Source: a virus (taxonomy: Duplodnaviria > Heunggongvirae > Uroviricota > Caudoviricetes). From it: a stretch of DNA of 64,000 nt. The notes under the pieces were generated by a model. That model made no database searches. It saw nothing but the letters and a program-made list of their open reading frames with translations, and had not been told where the DNA came from. The stretch is from positions 1-64,000 of IMG/VR virus record IMGVR_UViG_3300012943_000028; one strand, given 5' to 3'. The position numbers were made by a program, and so were the translations under genes. Positions 6,870 through 15,303 of the stretch are shown here, in pieces (position 1 is the stretch's first letter; each line of letters begins with the position of its first letter).

Positions 6870-7835
6870 TTATGCACTGGCTCCCAATCCAACCTCTAGA
6901 ATGGTGTGCGTTGATCCTGTCGGGATGACCCGGAAGAGGTCGAGACCTACGGGCTTGATGAGCCGAACGTACTCATCCAGCGTTCTTTCCATGCCGCCCG
7001 TCACGGCCAGCATTCCAATGTCCATCAACCGTGAGTAGTCATCGGTTCCAAGCAGGGACTCGATGATCAGCAGCCTGCTTCTGCCACGCATTGCGGCGGC
7101 GCAGTTCGTAAGGATGCGCGTTGCATCGACATCGTCCCAGTCATGTAGGACGTTCTTGAGTATGTAGATGTCTGATGGGGGCAGAGGACCGAAGAAGCTG
7201 CCAATGGTCTGCGTCTGTCGCTCATGGTGCGGCAGCGGCTTTGTGGCAGTGTCGAACACGACGCCTTCCATGTCAATGTAGCGCTCAAGTAGAAGCTGCG
7301 TGAACTTGTTGGTTCCACCGCCGAGATCGGTGACCACCTTGGCCCATGAGAAGTCGTACGACATCAGCACGGCCCGGTCAATCATCTCTCCAGTTCCGGT
7401 GAGCGCCATGTTGAACAGCTCCTGCGCCGCAGGGTTCTCGCTAAGGTACTCGAAGAACGGTTTGCCGTAGTAGAACTCGAAGCCGCTCTTGCCGGTCCTG
7501 ACTGCCCATGACAGGCTCGACCAGGCGTTCACCGTCCACTCCGCACCAAAGTACAGAACGATGTTTCGAATGGACTGTGGGTGGTCGCTCTTGAGGATTG
7601 CCGCCTTCGAGCTGATTGTGAAGCCGCCAGAGACCTCTTCGACTATGCCAATAGTGGTGAGCGCTCGAAGCAGGCGGCGGAGGTGGAATGGTATGGCGTC
7701 GACCTTGGCGGCGAGCTGCTCAACGGACTGAGGGACGTTCGACAAGGCATCGGCAAGACCAAGCTCAACGGCCGCAAAGAGCAGCCGTTCTCGGGCCTGG
7801 CCAAGAGAGATATCGATGGGTGATTTCGGCCTCAC
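6870..7835 (-). CDS. SAM-dependent O-methyltransferase (COMT/Methyltransf_2 family)
   Basis: N-terminal wHTH dimerisation region, DLGGG, KNVLHDW, MLAVTGGMERT. Confidence 0.9.
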   Translation of the reverse strand: MRPKSPIDISLGQARERLLFAAVELGLADALSNVPQSVEQLAAKVDAIPFHLRRLLRALTTIGIVEEVSGGFTISSKAAILKSDHPQSIRNIVLYFGAEWTVNAWSSLSWAVRTGKSGFEFYYGKPFFEYLSENPAAQELFNMALTGTGEMIDRAVLMSYDFSWAKVVTDLGGGTNKFTQLLLERYIDMEGVVFDTATKPLPHHERQTQTIGSFFGPLPPSDIYILKNVLHDWDDVDATRILTNCAAAMRGRSRLLIIESLLGTDDYSRLMDIGMLAVTGGMERTLDEYVRLIKPVGLDLFRVIPTGSTHTILEVGLGASA

Positions 7836-7841
7836 GCCCGC

Positions 7842-8204
7842 TTACCAGCGGGCGGGCTTGTACTTCGAACGAAGCTCAGCTTCCGACTTCGACGGATGAT
7901 TGAACTCCATCGAGTGCTGCAGGGCCACGATCATGAGAGCGTTGGCTACCTCGAACGGAAAACCTTGACGGTTGACCGTGTCGTAGTTCAGCATGAACTG
8001 CAGGCGATCGCTCAGGTCTTCCGTACCCCAGCACGAGGTGATCGTGTCATGGATGCGCGGGAAGGTCTTGCGGATGAGGCGGATGGCCTGCTGCCCTTCA
8101 GTCTTTGGGTGGAAGGCGCCGGTCACGCACGTCGAATCGGCATGGTTGCGTGGATCGCTGGTGCGACCCGACGTGTATCTGACCGTGTGTTCGAAGTAGT
8201 CCAT
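7842..8204 (-). CDS. hypothetical protein (WG..RQGFP motif)
   Basis: ORF downstream of early promoter TGTACC-N-TATAAT at ~8231-8260. Confidence 0.6.
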   Translation of the reverse strand: MDYFEHTVRYTSGRTSDPRNHADSTCVTGAFHPKTEGQQAIRLIRKTFPRIHDTITSCWGTEDLSDRLQFMLNYDTVNRQGFPFEVANALMIVALQHSMEFNHPSKSEAELRSKYKPARW

Positions 8205-8273
8205 GTGGCGTACCCTCTTTCAGTAGGAACATTATAACCTGTTCCTAATCTGAGGTACATTTTACATAATGTT

Positions 8274-9185
8274 CTAGGAACGGCTGGTGACTGCTCGGCC
8301 AGGCATCTTTTCCCAGTCACGGTCTTCTGGCTTGACGACCTCTAGGTTCTTCTCCCATGCGGCAGCGAGAACGGTAGGCTTGACATTCAACAGCTTTGCT
8401 ACGGCGATGAGGGCGTTCATGTCCTTTGGGAAGCAGTGGCCGCGGGCACCAGCAACACCACCTGCACCAGGCACATTCATGTGCGTGTTGCCGAGACGCT
8501 TGTCGTATTTTGCGAACTCTACGACGCGCTCATAGTCAGTCTCGTAGCCGGCCTCGGTGAGTGCCTCGCAGATTTCTGCCATCTCACAGCTGAGAATGAC
8601 GCGAACTGCAAGCTGGAGGTTGATGAAGTACTTGACCATCTCGGCGGTCGTTGCCTTCGTGGTCTTAAGGATTGGAACGTCTGGGAAGTACGTGTAGTAA
8701 AGGTCACGTACAACATTGATGGCTGTCTTCTCACCACCAATGATGATGCGCGTTTGGTTGCGCATGTCGTTGAGGGCGTTGGCCTCGGTCAGAAATTCTG
8801 GGTTGAACACGACGGTGAGATTGTCGTACAGGCTGCTCCACTCTACAGTGGAACCTGGAGGAACAGTGCTCTTGATGACAGCGATGCGAGTTGCGTCGCC
8901 TGGAGCTGAGGCGATTTCCTTGAGCACATCTTCTACTGTGCTAGTGTCAGCTGCACCTTGCTCGCTCATTGGGGTTGGGACGCAGACGAAGTAGACGCCA
9001 GAAAAATCCGGCATTGACTCGCACTTGAGAACTAGGTCCTTGATGAGCGATGAGACCGGGAAGGCAGCTGGAACGTACTTACCAGCTTTGTCGCAAGCGT
9101 AGACTGTTGCGCCTCGTTCAGTGAACACCGTTGTTAGGGTGCCGCCGACAAATCCTTGGCCGATGACCGCAATCGATCTTTTCAT
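8274..9185 (-). CDS. UDP-glucose/GDP-mannose dehydrogenase family protein (lacks C-terminal domain)
   Basis: IGQGFVG, CVPTP, IKSTVPPG, NPEFL, GHCFPKD. Confidence 0.88.
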   Translation of the reverse strand: MKRSIAVIGQGFVGGTLTTVFTERGATVYACDKAGKYVPAAFPVSSLIKDLVLKCESMPDFSGVYFVCVPTPMSEQGAADTSTVEDVLKEIASAPGDATRIAVIKSTVPPGSTVEWSSLYDNLTVVFNPEFLTEANALNDMRNQTRIIIGGEKTAINVVRDLYYTYFPDVPILKTTKATTAEMVKYFINLQLAVRVILSCEMAEICEALTEAGYETDYERVVEFAKYDKRLGNTHMNVPGAGGVAGARGHCFPKDMNALIAVAKLLNVKPTVLAAAWEKNLEVVKPEDRDWEKMPGRAVTSRS

Positions 9186-9243
9186 GATACGCTCGTGAAG
9201 TTGTCACGAGCGTATTTACGAGGGCAGAATCTAACCTGCCTGT

Positions 9244-10185
9244 TTATGCGGTGGCGACCTCGCGTGGTGTGTGGACCACCTCAAGACCCCTTCCAACCGA
9301 TGGGCGCGCGAGGTTCGGATGCTGCTTCATCCAGTCCTGCACGAACCAAAGCTGGCCGCAGCCACCGCCGATGTCGTCCTGTCCAGCAGGGTCGAAGCAG
9401 CGGGTGGAGTAGCCGTACGTGTTCAGCTTCTCCATGAAGTTTACGGCAAGCTCACGTTGCCGACGATTGGCTGCGGCGATGCTTTCGTCTCGCTCGCAGA
9501 TCACAGAGATCGTGGCCTGCCAGATGTTCGGGTTGAACAGCGCATAGATGCGATCAGCATCTTCCTGCGCAGTGTTCTTGTCGTGGGCGCAGTAGTTGAA
9601 GAACGGGGTGCGGCCCGTTGCGGCGTACCACTTTTCGCCTTCTTCGGCGATCTGCGCAAGCGTCAGCTTGGCCTTGAACGGGATCAGCTTGCTGCGGGCT
9701 TCGTCGGTGGACTCATGCACCGAGAACTGCAGGCCGATCTTCGGAATCTCCACCGAGATGTCACGCACCCACTGGTAATCGACGTCTGGCGCCGACGTGC
9801 TGATGAGCAGCGCTGCGTTCGGGTACTTGACGTGCAGGCGGCGCAGGGCATCCTTCATGCCACGCGGGTTGAGCAGCGGCTCACCCATCGACATGAACAT
9901 GATCTGCATGCGCTTCACCTGCGTGGCGTCGATGTTGCGATCGAGGAACAGGTGATCCACCTGGCCGACGATCTCGTCACCGCTGAGGCTGCGCACGAAG
10001 TTGTCGCCGGCGCCGCAGAAGCGGCAGCCGATCGGGCAGCCGGACTGCGATGAGCAGCAGACCACTGTGCGCTCTTCGTAGGTGGGGTACTTGTAGAGCA
10101 CCGACTCGGCGACGGCCGAACCGAAGTCGTACACGTACTTGCTGACGTTGGCGTCGCTGCTATCAACTCGTCTGACGTTCATCAT
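9244..10185 (-). CDS. rlmN: RlmN/Cfr-family radical SAM RNA methyltransferase
   Basis: SSQSGCPIGCRFC, MSMGEPL, C-terminal DIGGGCGQL. Confidence 0.85.
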   Translation of the reverse strand: MMNVRRVDSSDANVSKYVYDFGSAVAESVLYKYPTYEERTVVCCSSQSGCPIGCRFCGAGDNFVRSLSGDEIVGQVDHLFLDRNIDATQVKRMQIMFMSMGEPLLNPRGMKDALRRLHVKYPNAALLISTSAPDVDYQWVRDISVEIPKIGLQFSVHESTDEARSKLIPFKAKLTLAQIAEEGEKWYAATGRTPFFNYCAHDKNTAQEDADRIYALFNPNIWQATISVICERDESIAAANRRQRELAVNFMEKLNTYGYSTRCFDPAGQDDIGGGCGQLWFVQDWMKQHPNLARPSVGRGLEVVHTPREVATA

Positions 10186-10189
10186 GATG

Positions 10190-10537
10190 TCAACTCCACT
10201 TCTTTGTAAGGCCAAGAGCCTCACGCTCTGCCTGGGAAAGCTTCGAAAGCCCCTGGCGGCGGAGGTTCAGCTGTTCGGCCTCAGTCGCCTCACGCACTCG
10301 GCGTGCCACATCTTCGGCCTTGTGTTTGTTCCACCACGTTTCAAGCTCCTTTCGCTTGAAGCCGGCTTCACGGTAGTTGATGTTGGCCAGAACGAACTCG
10401 CATCCGTTCTGGTCGTTGGTCGCGTGCTGTGTCTCGAGCTGTGTGAGCACAGCGCAGAGAGCTGCCTTGACCATGCGCTGCTCGCGCTGCTCGCGGATAT
10501 CTTCTGGGTACGGAACTCCACCATCAGTGCACGGCAT
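10190..10537 (-). CDS. hypothetical protein (MPCTDGG...)
   Basis: SD GGAGG, tightly packed. Confidence 0.6.
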   Translation of the reverse strand: MPCTDGGVPYPEDIREQREQRMVKAALCAVLTQLETQHATNDQNGCEFVLANINYREAGFKRKELETWWNKHKAEDVARRVREATEAEQLNLRRQGLSKLSQAEREALGLTKKWS

Positions 10538-10538
10538 C

Positions 10539-10730
10539 TTACACCTCCACCGTTGAGTCGAATGACACCGAAACGCCCTTGAACAGTGGGTAGCTTGGCC
10601 CACGGTCGAAGGCGTCGTACGTGCCCATTCCGACGTTGAATGACACCTTCGCATCGGGCTTCTTCAGCGCCGTCTTGATGATGTCGGTGATCTGCTGTTC
10701 AGACAGCTCGATTGTGGTCTTGGCCTTCAT
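10539..10730 (-). CDS. small hypothetical protein
   Basis: start 1 nt after nadV stop. Confidence 0.55.
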   Translation of the reverse strand: MKAKTTIELSEQQITDIIKTALKKPDAKVSFNVGMGTYDAFDRGPSYPLFKGVSVSFDSTVEV

Positions 10731-10731
10731 G

Positions 10732-12213
10732 TTACACCGCCGCCCTTGCACGGATATCGGCGAGGTTCGTCTCGTTGTACAGCACACCGTTGTGGTAGAC
10801 CAGCTTGTGCAGGTCTTCCCACTCACTGTCGAGCGGGCCATTGTCGAGGCGAGCAGCCATCAGCTCGCCAGTCATGCGGCTCTTCACCAGCGTCAGCACT
10901 CCTTCCTTCGACTTCTTGCCCGGGTCGGTGATCGGGTCCTTGGCGATGCCAGTCCACTTCTCGTCGCCATCGTACAGGACGGCGCTGGCCTTCTGCGCAA
11001 ACTTGAAGGTGTCACGGTTGACCTTCTGCAGGAGGGCACCGCCGCTGCCGAAGATAACGTTGTCAGGCGAGTAGCCGTTGGCCATCAGCTTGCCGAGCAG
11101 CGAGCGGATTGCGAGGTGATCCACGCCGTCGCCCTGGATGATGCCGACGGTGTTGATCTTCTTGTAGCCGTTCTTGGTGATCGTGTGGCCGTATGCCGCT
11201 TCCTGCAGCTTGAGGATGCGAGGCACCGTCTCCATCATGTCGCCGCTGTCAGGGCGGAAGACGACCTTCACACCGCTGGCGATGATCTCCTCCTTGAGCG
11301 GCGAGGTGCACAGCTGCTCGGCGCAGCGGTAGGTGTTCTTGCCGTCGATGACGATCGAGATGATCTGGCCGGCCGAGGCCTGCTTCAGCTGGTGACGCAG
11401 GTAGGCGAGCTCCTGCTCAGGGTTCAGGCCGAAGGAGCACTCGACGCTGTGCTCGGTCGCATAGACCGAGAAGGCCGACATGTCGCAGTCGTAGTAGTAG
11501 TTCGCCGTGAGGATGCCCTCGACGGTGTCCGAACCCATGAAGTTGACGAGGTGGGCAGCACCGCCGATCTCGGCCTGCTCGGCGCAGGTAACGCCACGGC
11601 CGCCGAAGTCGTGCAGTGAGAACTCGACAGGGCTCTCGGCGCCAGCCTGCTCGTAGCGCTGCTTGATGTCCTTCTTGATGGCGTAGTCCATCGATGCGAC
11701 CGTCGAGCCGTACCATACGCCACGCTGGAGGATCGTCTCCACGCCGCTGGAGAGCCAGAAGAAGTCAGGGCCGAAGGCGGTGACCGAGTAGATCGGCAGC
11801 CCGCCGCCGATGACGGTGCCTTCAGGCACGGCACGGATGGTGATCGGCAGGAGACCGTTGAACTCGTTGACGATGCGCTCCCAGGTGGCACGCTTGAACA
11901 GCTTGCGGCCGAAGTGCTTCAGCGCAAAGGCCTCGGCAAAGTCGATGTCTTCCATCGTGATCGGGTCCTGGAAGTACCGGCTCATCAGGTACTGCATGTT
12001 GAACGGCACGATCTTGGTGCCACGCTCGACGCGGGCCTCGCCGTACGAGGACATGCCGATGATGCGCTCAGGGTACGCATACGGGTGGGAGAACTTGTAG
12101 CTGTCGAGGCGCAGCAGGATTGCGATGCGCAGCGGCAGCTTTGCGATGTATGAGATGTCGGACTCTTTCGGTCCGAGGATTGCCTGGATGGCTTCGAGAA
12201 CTGGATTGGACAT
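10732..12213 (-). CDS. nadV: nicotinamide phosphoribosyltransferase
   Basis: DSYKFSH, LHDFGGRG, ATEHS, RPDSGD, IQGDG, FGSGGALLQ, KDPITDPGKKSK. Confidence 0.95.
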   Translation of the reverse strand: MSNPVLEAIQAILGPKESDISYIAKLPLRIAILLRLDSYKFSHPYAYPERIIGMSSYGEARVERGTKIVPFNMQYLMSRYFQDPITMEDIDFAEAFALKHFGRKLFKRATWERIVNEFNGLLPITIRAVPEGTVIGGGLPIYSVTAFGPDFFWLSSGVETILQRGVWYGSTVASMDYAIKKDIKQRYEQAGAESPVEFSLHDFGGRGVTCAEQAEIGGAAHLVNFMGSDTVEGILTANYYYDCDMSAFSVYATEHSVECSFGLNPEQELAYLRHQLKQASAGQIISIVIDGKNTYRCAEQLCTSPLKEEIIASGVKVVFRPDSGDMMETVPRILKLQEAAYGHTITKNGYKKINTVGIIQGDGVDHLAIRSLLGKLMANGYSPDNVIFGSGGALLQKVNRDTFKFAQKASAVLYDGDEKWTGIAKDPITDPGKKSKEGVLTLVKSRMTGELMAARLDNGPLDSEWEDLHKLVYHNGVLYNETNLADIRARAAV

Positions 12214-12255
12214 GATAAGCTCCTTATCGTGAAATTGGTTGAGTCGTTCTCAACC
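12211..12255 (-). promoter_or_regulatory. two-hairpin translational operator candidate, copy 2 (nadV)
   Basis: GGTTGAG-AACGA-CTCAACC then GATAAG-GAG-CTTATC-ATG. Confidence 0.6.
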
Positions 12256-13371
12256 GGGAATTCGACCAATCATGGTCAAAAGCATGTGGTAGTGATCCTC
12301 GAAGAAGCGACTTGGCTGCTTGAGGGCCTCGTTGATGGGCACCCACTCGACCTTCGAGACCTCTCCCTTCTGCGGCTTCACCTTCGGCAGCGCCTTGGTG
12401 TCGTCGAGCTTGAAGAGGAAGCAGGTGGTGATGGTGCGACCACGCAGTGAGCGGTCAGGGTGATCGAAGGTTTCCTTGCTGCGGATGGAACCGTACAGCT
12501 GCGCCTTCGACAGCTCGATCTTGGTCTCCTCGATCAGCTCACGTACGCAGCCGTCGATGAGCTTCTCGTTCTGTTCGAGGAAGCCACCAGGAAGGGCCCA
12601 TAGCCCCTTGCCAGGAAAGTTGTCACGGACGTTGAGGAGGACGTGGCCGGATTGGATGACGCATGCGTCAGTAGTGACGAACGTTGGTGCGTACGGCGCC
12701 TTCTTCCAGGCCGTCTTGTACTTCTCGATGTACTCGTACTCGTCGACGAGCGTCTTGAACGACTCCGAGGCGGCAAAGTCGTTGATGCAATCCCACGTTG
12801 ATGTGGGAACCATCTTGAAGAGCTCGGTCTCATTTGACTGGTGGTTGAACAGCAGCTCACGCACCTTGGTGGCGCTCAGCTCGAAGTCGATCGCCGTCTT
12901 TTCCACGAGGTCTGGAGTGAAGAGGTCGCCGAAGGTGTGGAGGTACCATGACGACTTGTCCTTGTCGGAGCCGGTGAGGTACACCTTCGGGTTCATGCCG
13001 ATGATCGTGTCAGCGATGTCACGCTTCGTCTCATCGACGGCGTCCTGCACGCCACGAATCCACGCGTTGTCGTTGTACGGGTGGTCGTAGAGCGGCTTGA
13101 CGAAGAGGAGGCCGTAGTTGCCTTCCTCGATGTAGGGGTTGTAGTCAAGTCCTCGACCCGGCTTTGACTGTTCGTAGAAGCAGCGGATCATCGTCTCGCG
13201 CTCTTCGAACGTGAAAGGGTTCTTGGTGTTGCGAGCCTGGCCCGAACTACCTATGAGAACAAGAACTGCCTTGGAAGATTTGAGTGCGCGCGCAAGAACT
13301 GCGGCGTGACCATTGTGAAACGGTGAGAATCGACCGATGAAGACCGTAAGGTCTTTTGATTTCGTAGCCAT
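12250..13371 (-). CDS. nadM: bifunctional NMN adenylyltransferase / Nudix hydrolase (NadM-Nudix, NatV)
   Basis: IGRFSPFHNGH, KNPF, SATKVR, Nudix box PGGF..RELIEETK, FEDHY. Confidence 0.95.
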   Translation of the reverse strand: MATKSKDLTVFIGRFSPFHNGHAAVLARALKSSKAVLVLIGSSGQARNTKNPFTFEERETMIRCFYEQSKPGRGLDYNPYIEEGNYGLLFVKPLYDHPYNDNAWIRGVQDAVDETKRDIADTIIGMNPKVYLTGSDKDKSSWYLHTFGDLFTPDLVEKTAIDFELSATKVRELLFNHQSNETELFKMVPTSTWDCINDFAASESFKTLVDEYEYIEKYKTAWKKAPYAPTFVTTDACVIQSGHVLLNVRDNFPGKGLWALPGGFLEQNEKLIDGCVRELIEETKIELSKAQLYGSIRSKETFDHPDRSLRGRTITTCFLFKLDDTKALPKVKPQKGEVSKVEWVPINEALKQPSRFFEDHYHMLLTMIGRIPG

Positions 13372-13419
13372 TCGAGCTCCTCGACTGGTAAATGTTGTAG
13401 CAAGGATCGTTTCCTTGCT
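13367..13419 (-). promoter_or_regulatory. two-hairpin translational operator candidate, copy 1 (nadM)
   Basis: AGCAAGGA-AACGA-TCCTTGCT then TCGAG-GAG-CTCGA-ATG; overlapping TATAAATA and GTTTAC..TAGAAT promoters at 13426-13462. Confidence 0.6.
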
Positions 13420-13467
13420 CTACCGTATTTATATTCTACCAACGGTAGGTTGGTAAGTAAACTGCAG

Positions 13468-13752
13468 TTATTCGAGAACTGCCATGATGTCGTCTTCTCC
13501 AACGATGACCAGAAGTTCTCCAGAGACCTTGACCTCGTGACCCACGTCAGAGCCTAGAAGTACAGTGTCACCAACCTTGACCTCAAGCTTGATCAGCTTG
13601 CCTTCTTCGGTGTGCCAACCTGGACCAACGCCAACCACCGTGCCCTTGCGGTACGGCAGCAGCTCTGCTGATGGAAGAAAGATGCCGCCAGCTGACTGAG
13701 CTTCTTGCTCAATTGGGCGGATGAGAACACGGTTGTCTAGGAGCTTGATCAT
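13468..13752 (-). CDS. groES: co-chaperonin GroES
   Basis: NRVLIRP, SAGGIFLP, GTVVGVGPG, VKVGDTV, EDDIMAV. Confidence 0.92.
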   Translation of the reverse strand: MIKLLDNRVLIRPIEQEAQSAGGIFLPSAELLPYRKGTVVGVGPGWHTEEGKLIKLEVKVGDTVLLGSDVGHEVKVSGELLVIVGEDDIMAVLE

Positions 13753-14099
13753 ACTGAGATGCGACCCTTTGGTGTAGTCTTGGCAAGCTCGAGACCAGTT
13801 GTCTGAGAGATGTACTGCGTCTCAACATGAGCTGCTGGTGGGAATGAGAGGAGGATTGCGCTCGCTGGAATTGGCATGCTCTCGATCTCTGGGTTCGAGA
13901 GAGTCCAAGGAATGAAGGCGAGGCTGACGTTGTTGTGCGACGTTGGCATCATCCTCAAGATGTGAGGGCGGCGAACGACGTATTCGATGACCTTGCCGGT
14001 TACCGACTCAAACAGTGCGGTATCGGTCTTGATGTCTAGTACTTCAGCGACAATCTCCTCACCGCTGACAAGCTTGAACGCCAAAATCTTTGATGACAT
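13749..14099 (-). CDS. conserved T4-like-phage hypothetical protein (KLVSGEEI, possible Sm-like fold)
   Basis: KLxSGEEI N-terminus; TAAATA at 14124-14129. Confidence 0.65.
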   Translation of the reverse strand: MSSKILAFKLVSGEEIVAEVLDIKTDTALFESVTGKVIEYVVRRPHILRMMPTSHNNVSLAFIPWTLSNPEIESMPIPASAILLSFPPAAHVETQYISQTTGLELAKTTPKGRISV

Positions 14100-14138
14100 A
14101 TGCAGCTCCTGATGTGCTGCATGTATTTACAATCGCTC

Positions 14139-14651
14139 TCAGGCGATAAGTGAAGGTTGCGTTTGACGTGCCGGAGGCGAACCTTGGTTCGGCATCATAT
14201 CAGGATGAACGATGCCGCACATCTTGACGAGGACGACTAGCGACATCAGAGAATTTGGATCATTGACTGGGCCGTGACCTGTGGCGCGGTTCGTCATGCG
14301 ACCAAGTGCGTCAAACGAGCGCTGCTCGACGATTTGAATTGCTGCATTTGGAGAGCAGCGAAGAAGAACGCGAGAGTAGATGGTTCGGCCATTGATTCCA
14401 GATTCGGCAACGAACGTGGCATTACGATCTTCACGGATCCAAAGAGACATTGCTCCATCTTCTTGAGAACCGTTGGTGGTGTTGACTTGATACGACGCTC
14501 CCTGACCGGAATAGAGAGGAGCGTAGGTGCCGTATGGTACACCAGATGAGCCAACCATGTAGGTGGCGAGGAGCAGACCTACGGCAATACCAGCGACGTA
14601 TCGCAGCACCGCTCCTAGAAATTTCTTCAGGCGTGGGCGCGATTCAAGCAT
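14139..14651 (-). CDS. membrane-anchored hypothetical protein
   Basis: N-terminal hydrophobic segment; TAAATA at 14677-14682. Confidence 0.6.
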   Translation of the reverse strand: MLESRPRLKKFLGAVLRYVAGIAVGLLLATYMVGSSGVPYGTYAPLYSGQGASYQVNTTNGSQEDGAMSLWIREDRNATFVAESGINGRTIYSRVLLRCSPNAAIQIVEQRSFDALGRMTNRATGHGPVNDPNSLMSLVVLVKMCGIVHPDMMPNQGSPPARQTQPSLIA

Positions 14652-14679
14652 TGTCGTTCCTCAGGTTGCTCTAGAGTAT

Positions 14680-14961
14680 TTACTCGGTACTACGGGGTAG
14701 TGCTACCCTCGCGAGCACTTCCCTAAGATCAGGTACCATGCCAGCGTCCATCAGAAGATCGATGTGCTGTTGTTGGAGCGTGAGCGGTGTGTCGTCGATG
14801 AGGACACCAAGCTTGTTGAATGCCCAGAGCTGGGCTCGCTTGATGTCAACTACGCCATTCTGGTCGGCGAAGTTGTAGTACAGGAAAAGGAGGTCAAGCT
14901 CAAGCTGAGTCGGAAGTCTAGACTCTTCAGAAGGATTCTGGTCGTTGAGCTCTTCTGACAT
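14680..14961 (-). CDS. hypothetical protein
   Basis: SD GGAG. Confidence 0.55.
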   Translation of the reverse strand: MSEELNDQNPSEESRLPTQLELDLLFLYYNFADQNGVVDIKRAQLWAFNKLGVLIDDTPLTLQQQHIDLLMDAGMVPDLREVLARVALPRSTE

Positions 14962-14976
14962 GATTCTCCAAGAATC

Positions 14977-15270
14977 GGGGAAGCCGGCTTCGGTCGGCTT
15001 CCCCTAACCGTTAGGTATCAGGGTGGCTTAAACCCCGTGAGGGTCAGGCCGCTAGGCCGTAGACTTCCTCAAAAGTGTCGTCGTTAGCAGTTATGCTATT
15101 GCTTCATTTACGCCGATCGCCTGGCGTGTCGCGTTCCGCATCTCCGCAGCCCTGTCGAAACCTGTCACCCCCGTAGAAGTGGTGCTAGCGCACCACTTTG
15201 AATTTGGTGGAGGTGGGGGTATCGAAACCCCGTCCAAAGCCCTTCAAATTAGCCCGTATTACGACAATGT
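14977..15270 (-). ncRNA. ssrA: circularly permuted (two-piece) tmRNA; tag ANDDTFEEVYGLAA
   Basis: acceptor piece (T arm, CACCTCC-A-CCA ending 15205) precedes a 32-nt intervening hairpin and the coding piece starting GGGGGTG at 15172; G3-U70 pair; tag ORF 15088-15044; GC hairpin at 14977-15004; outer ends approximate. Confidence 0.92.
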
Positions 15271-15303
15271 CTGAATCGTATCATGCTCTCAAATCTGAGA
15301 ACA

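Noticed and set aside
9244-10185. Cfr antibiotic-resistance methylase
   Set aside because: MGEP motif fits RlmN better; cannot assign Cfr without phylogeny
10621-11619. 332-aa plus-strand ORF (also 9271-10053 and 57148-57888)
   Set aside because: Antisense to well-supported nadV, rlmN-like and nrdA genes
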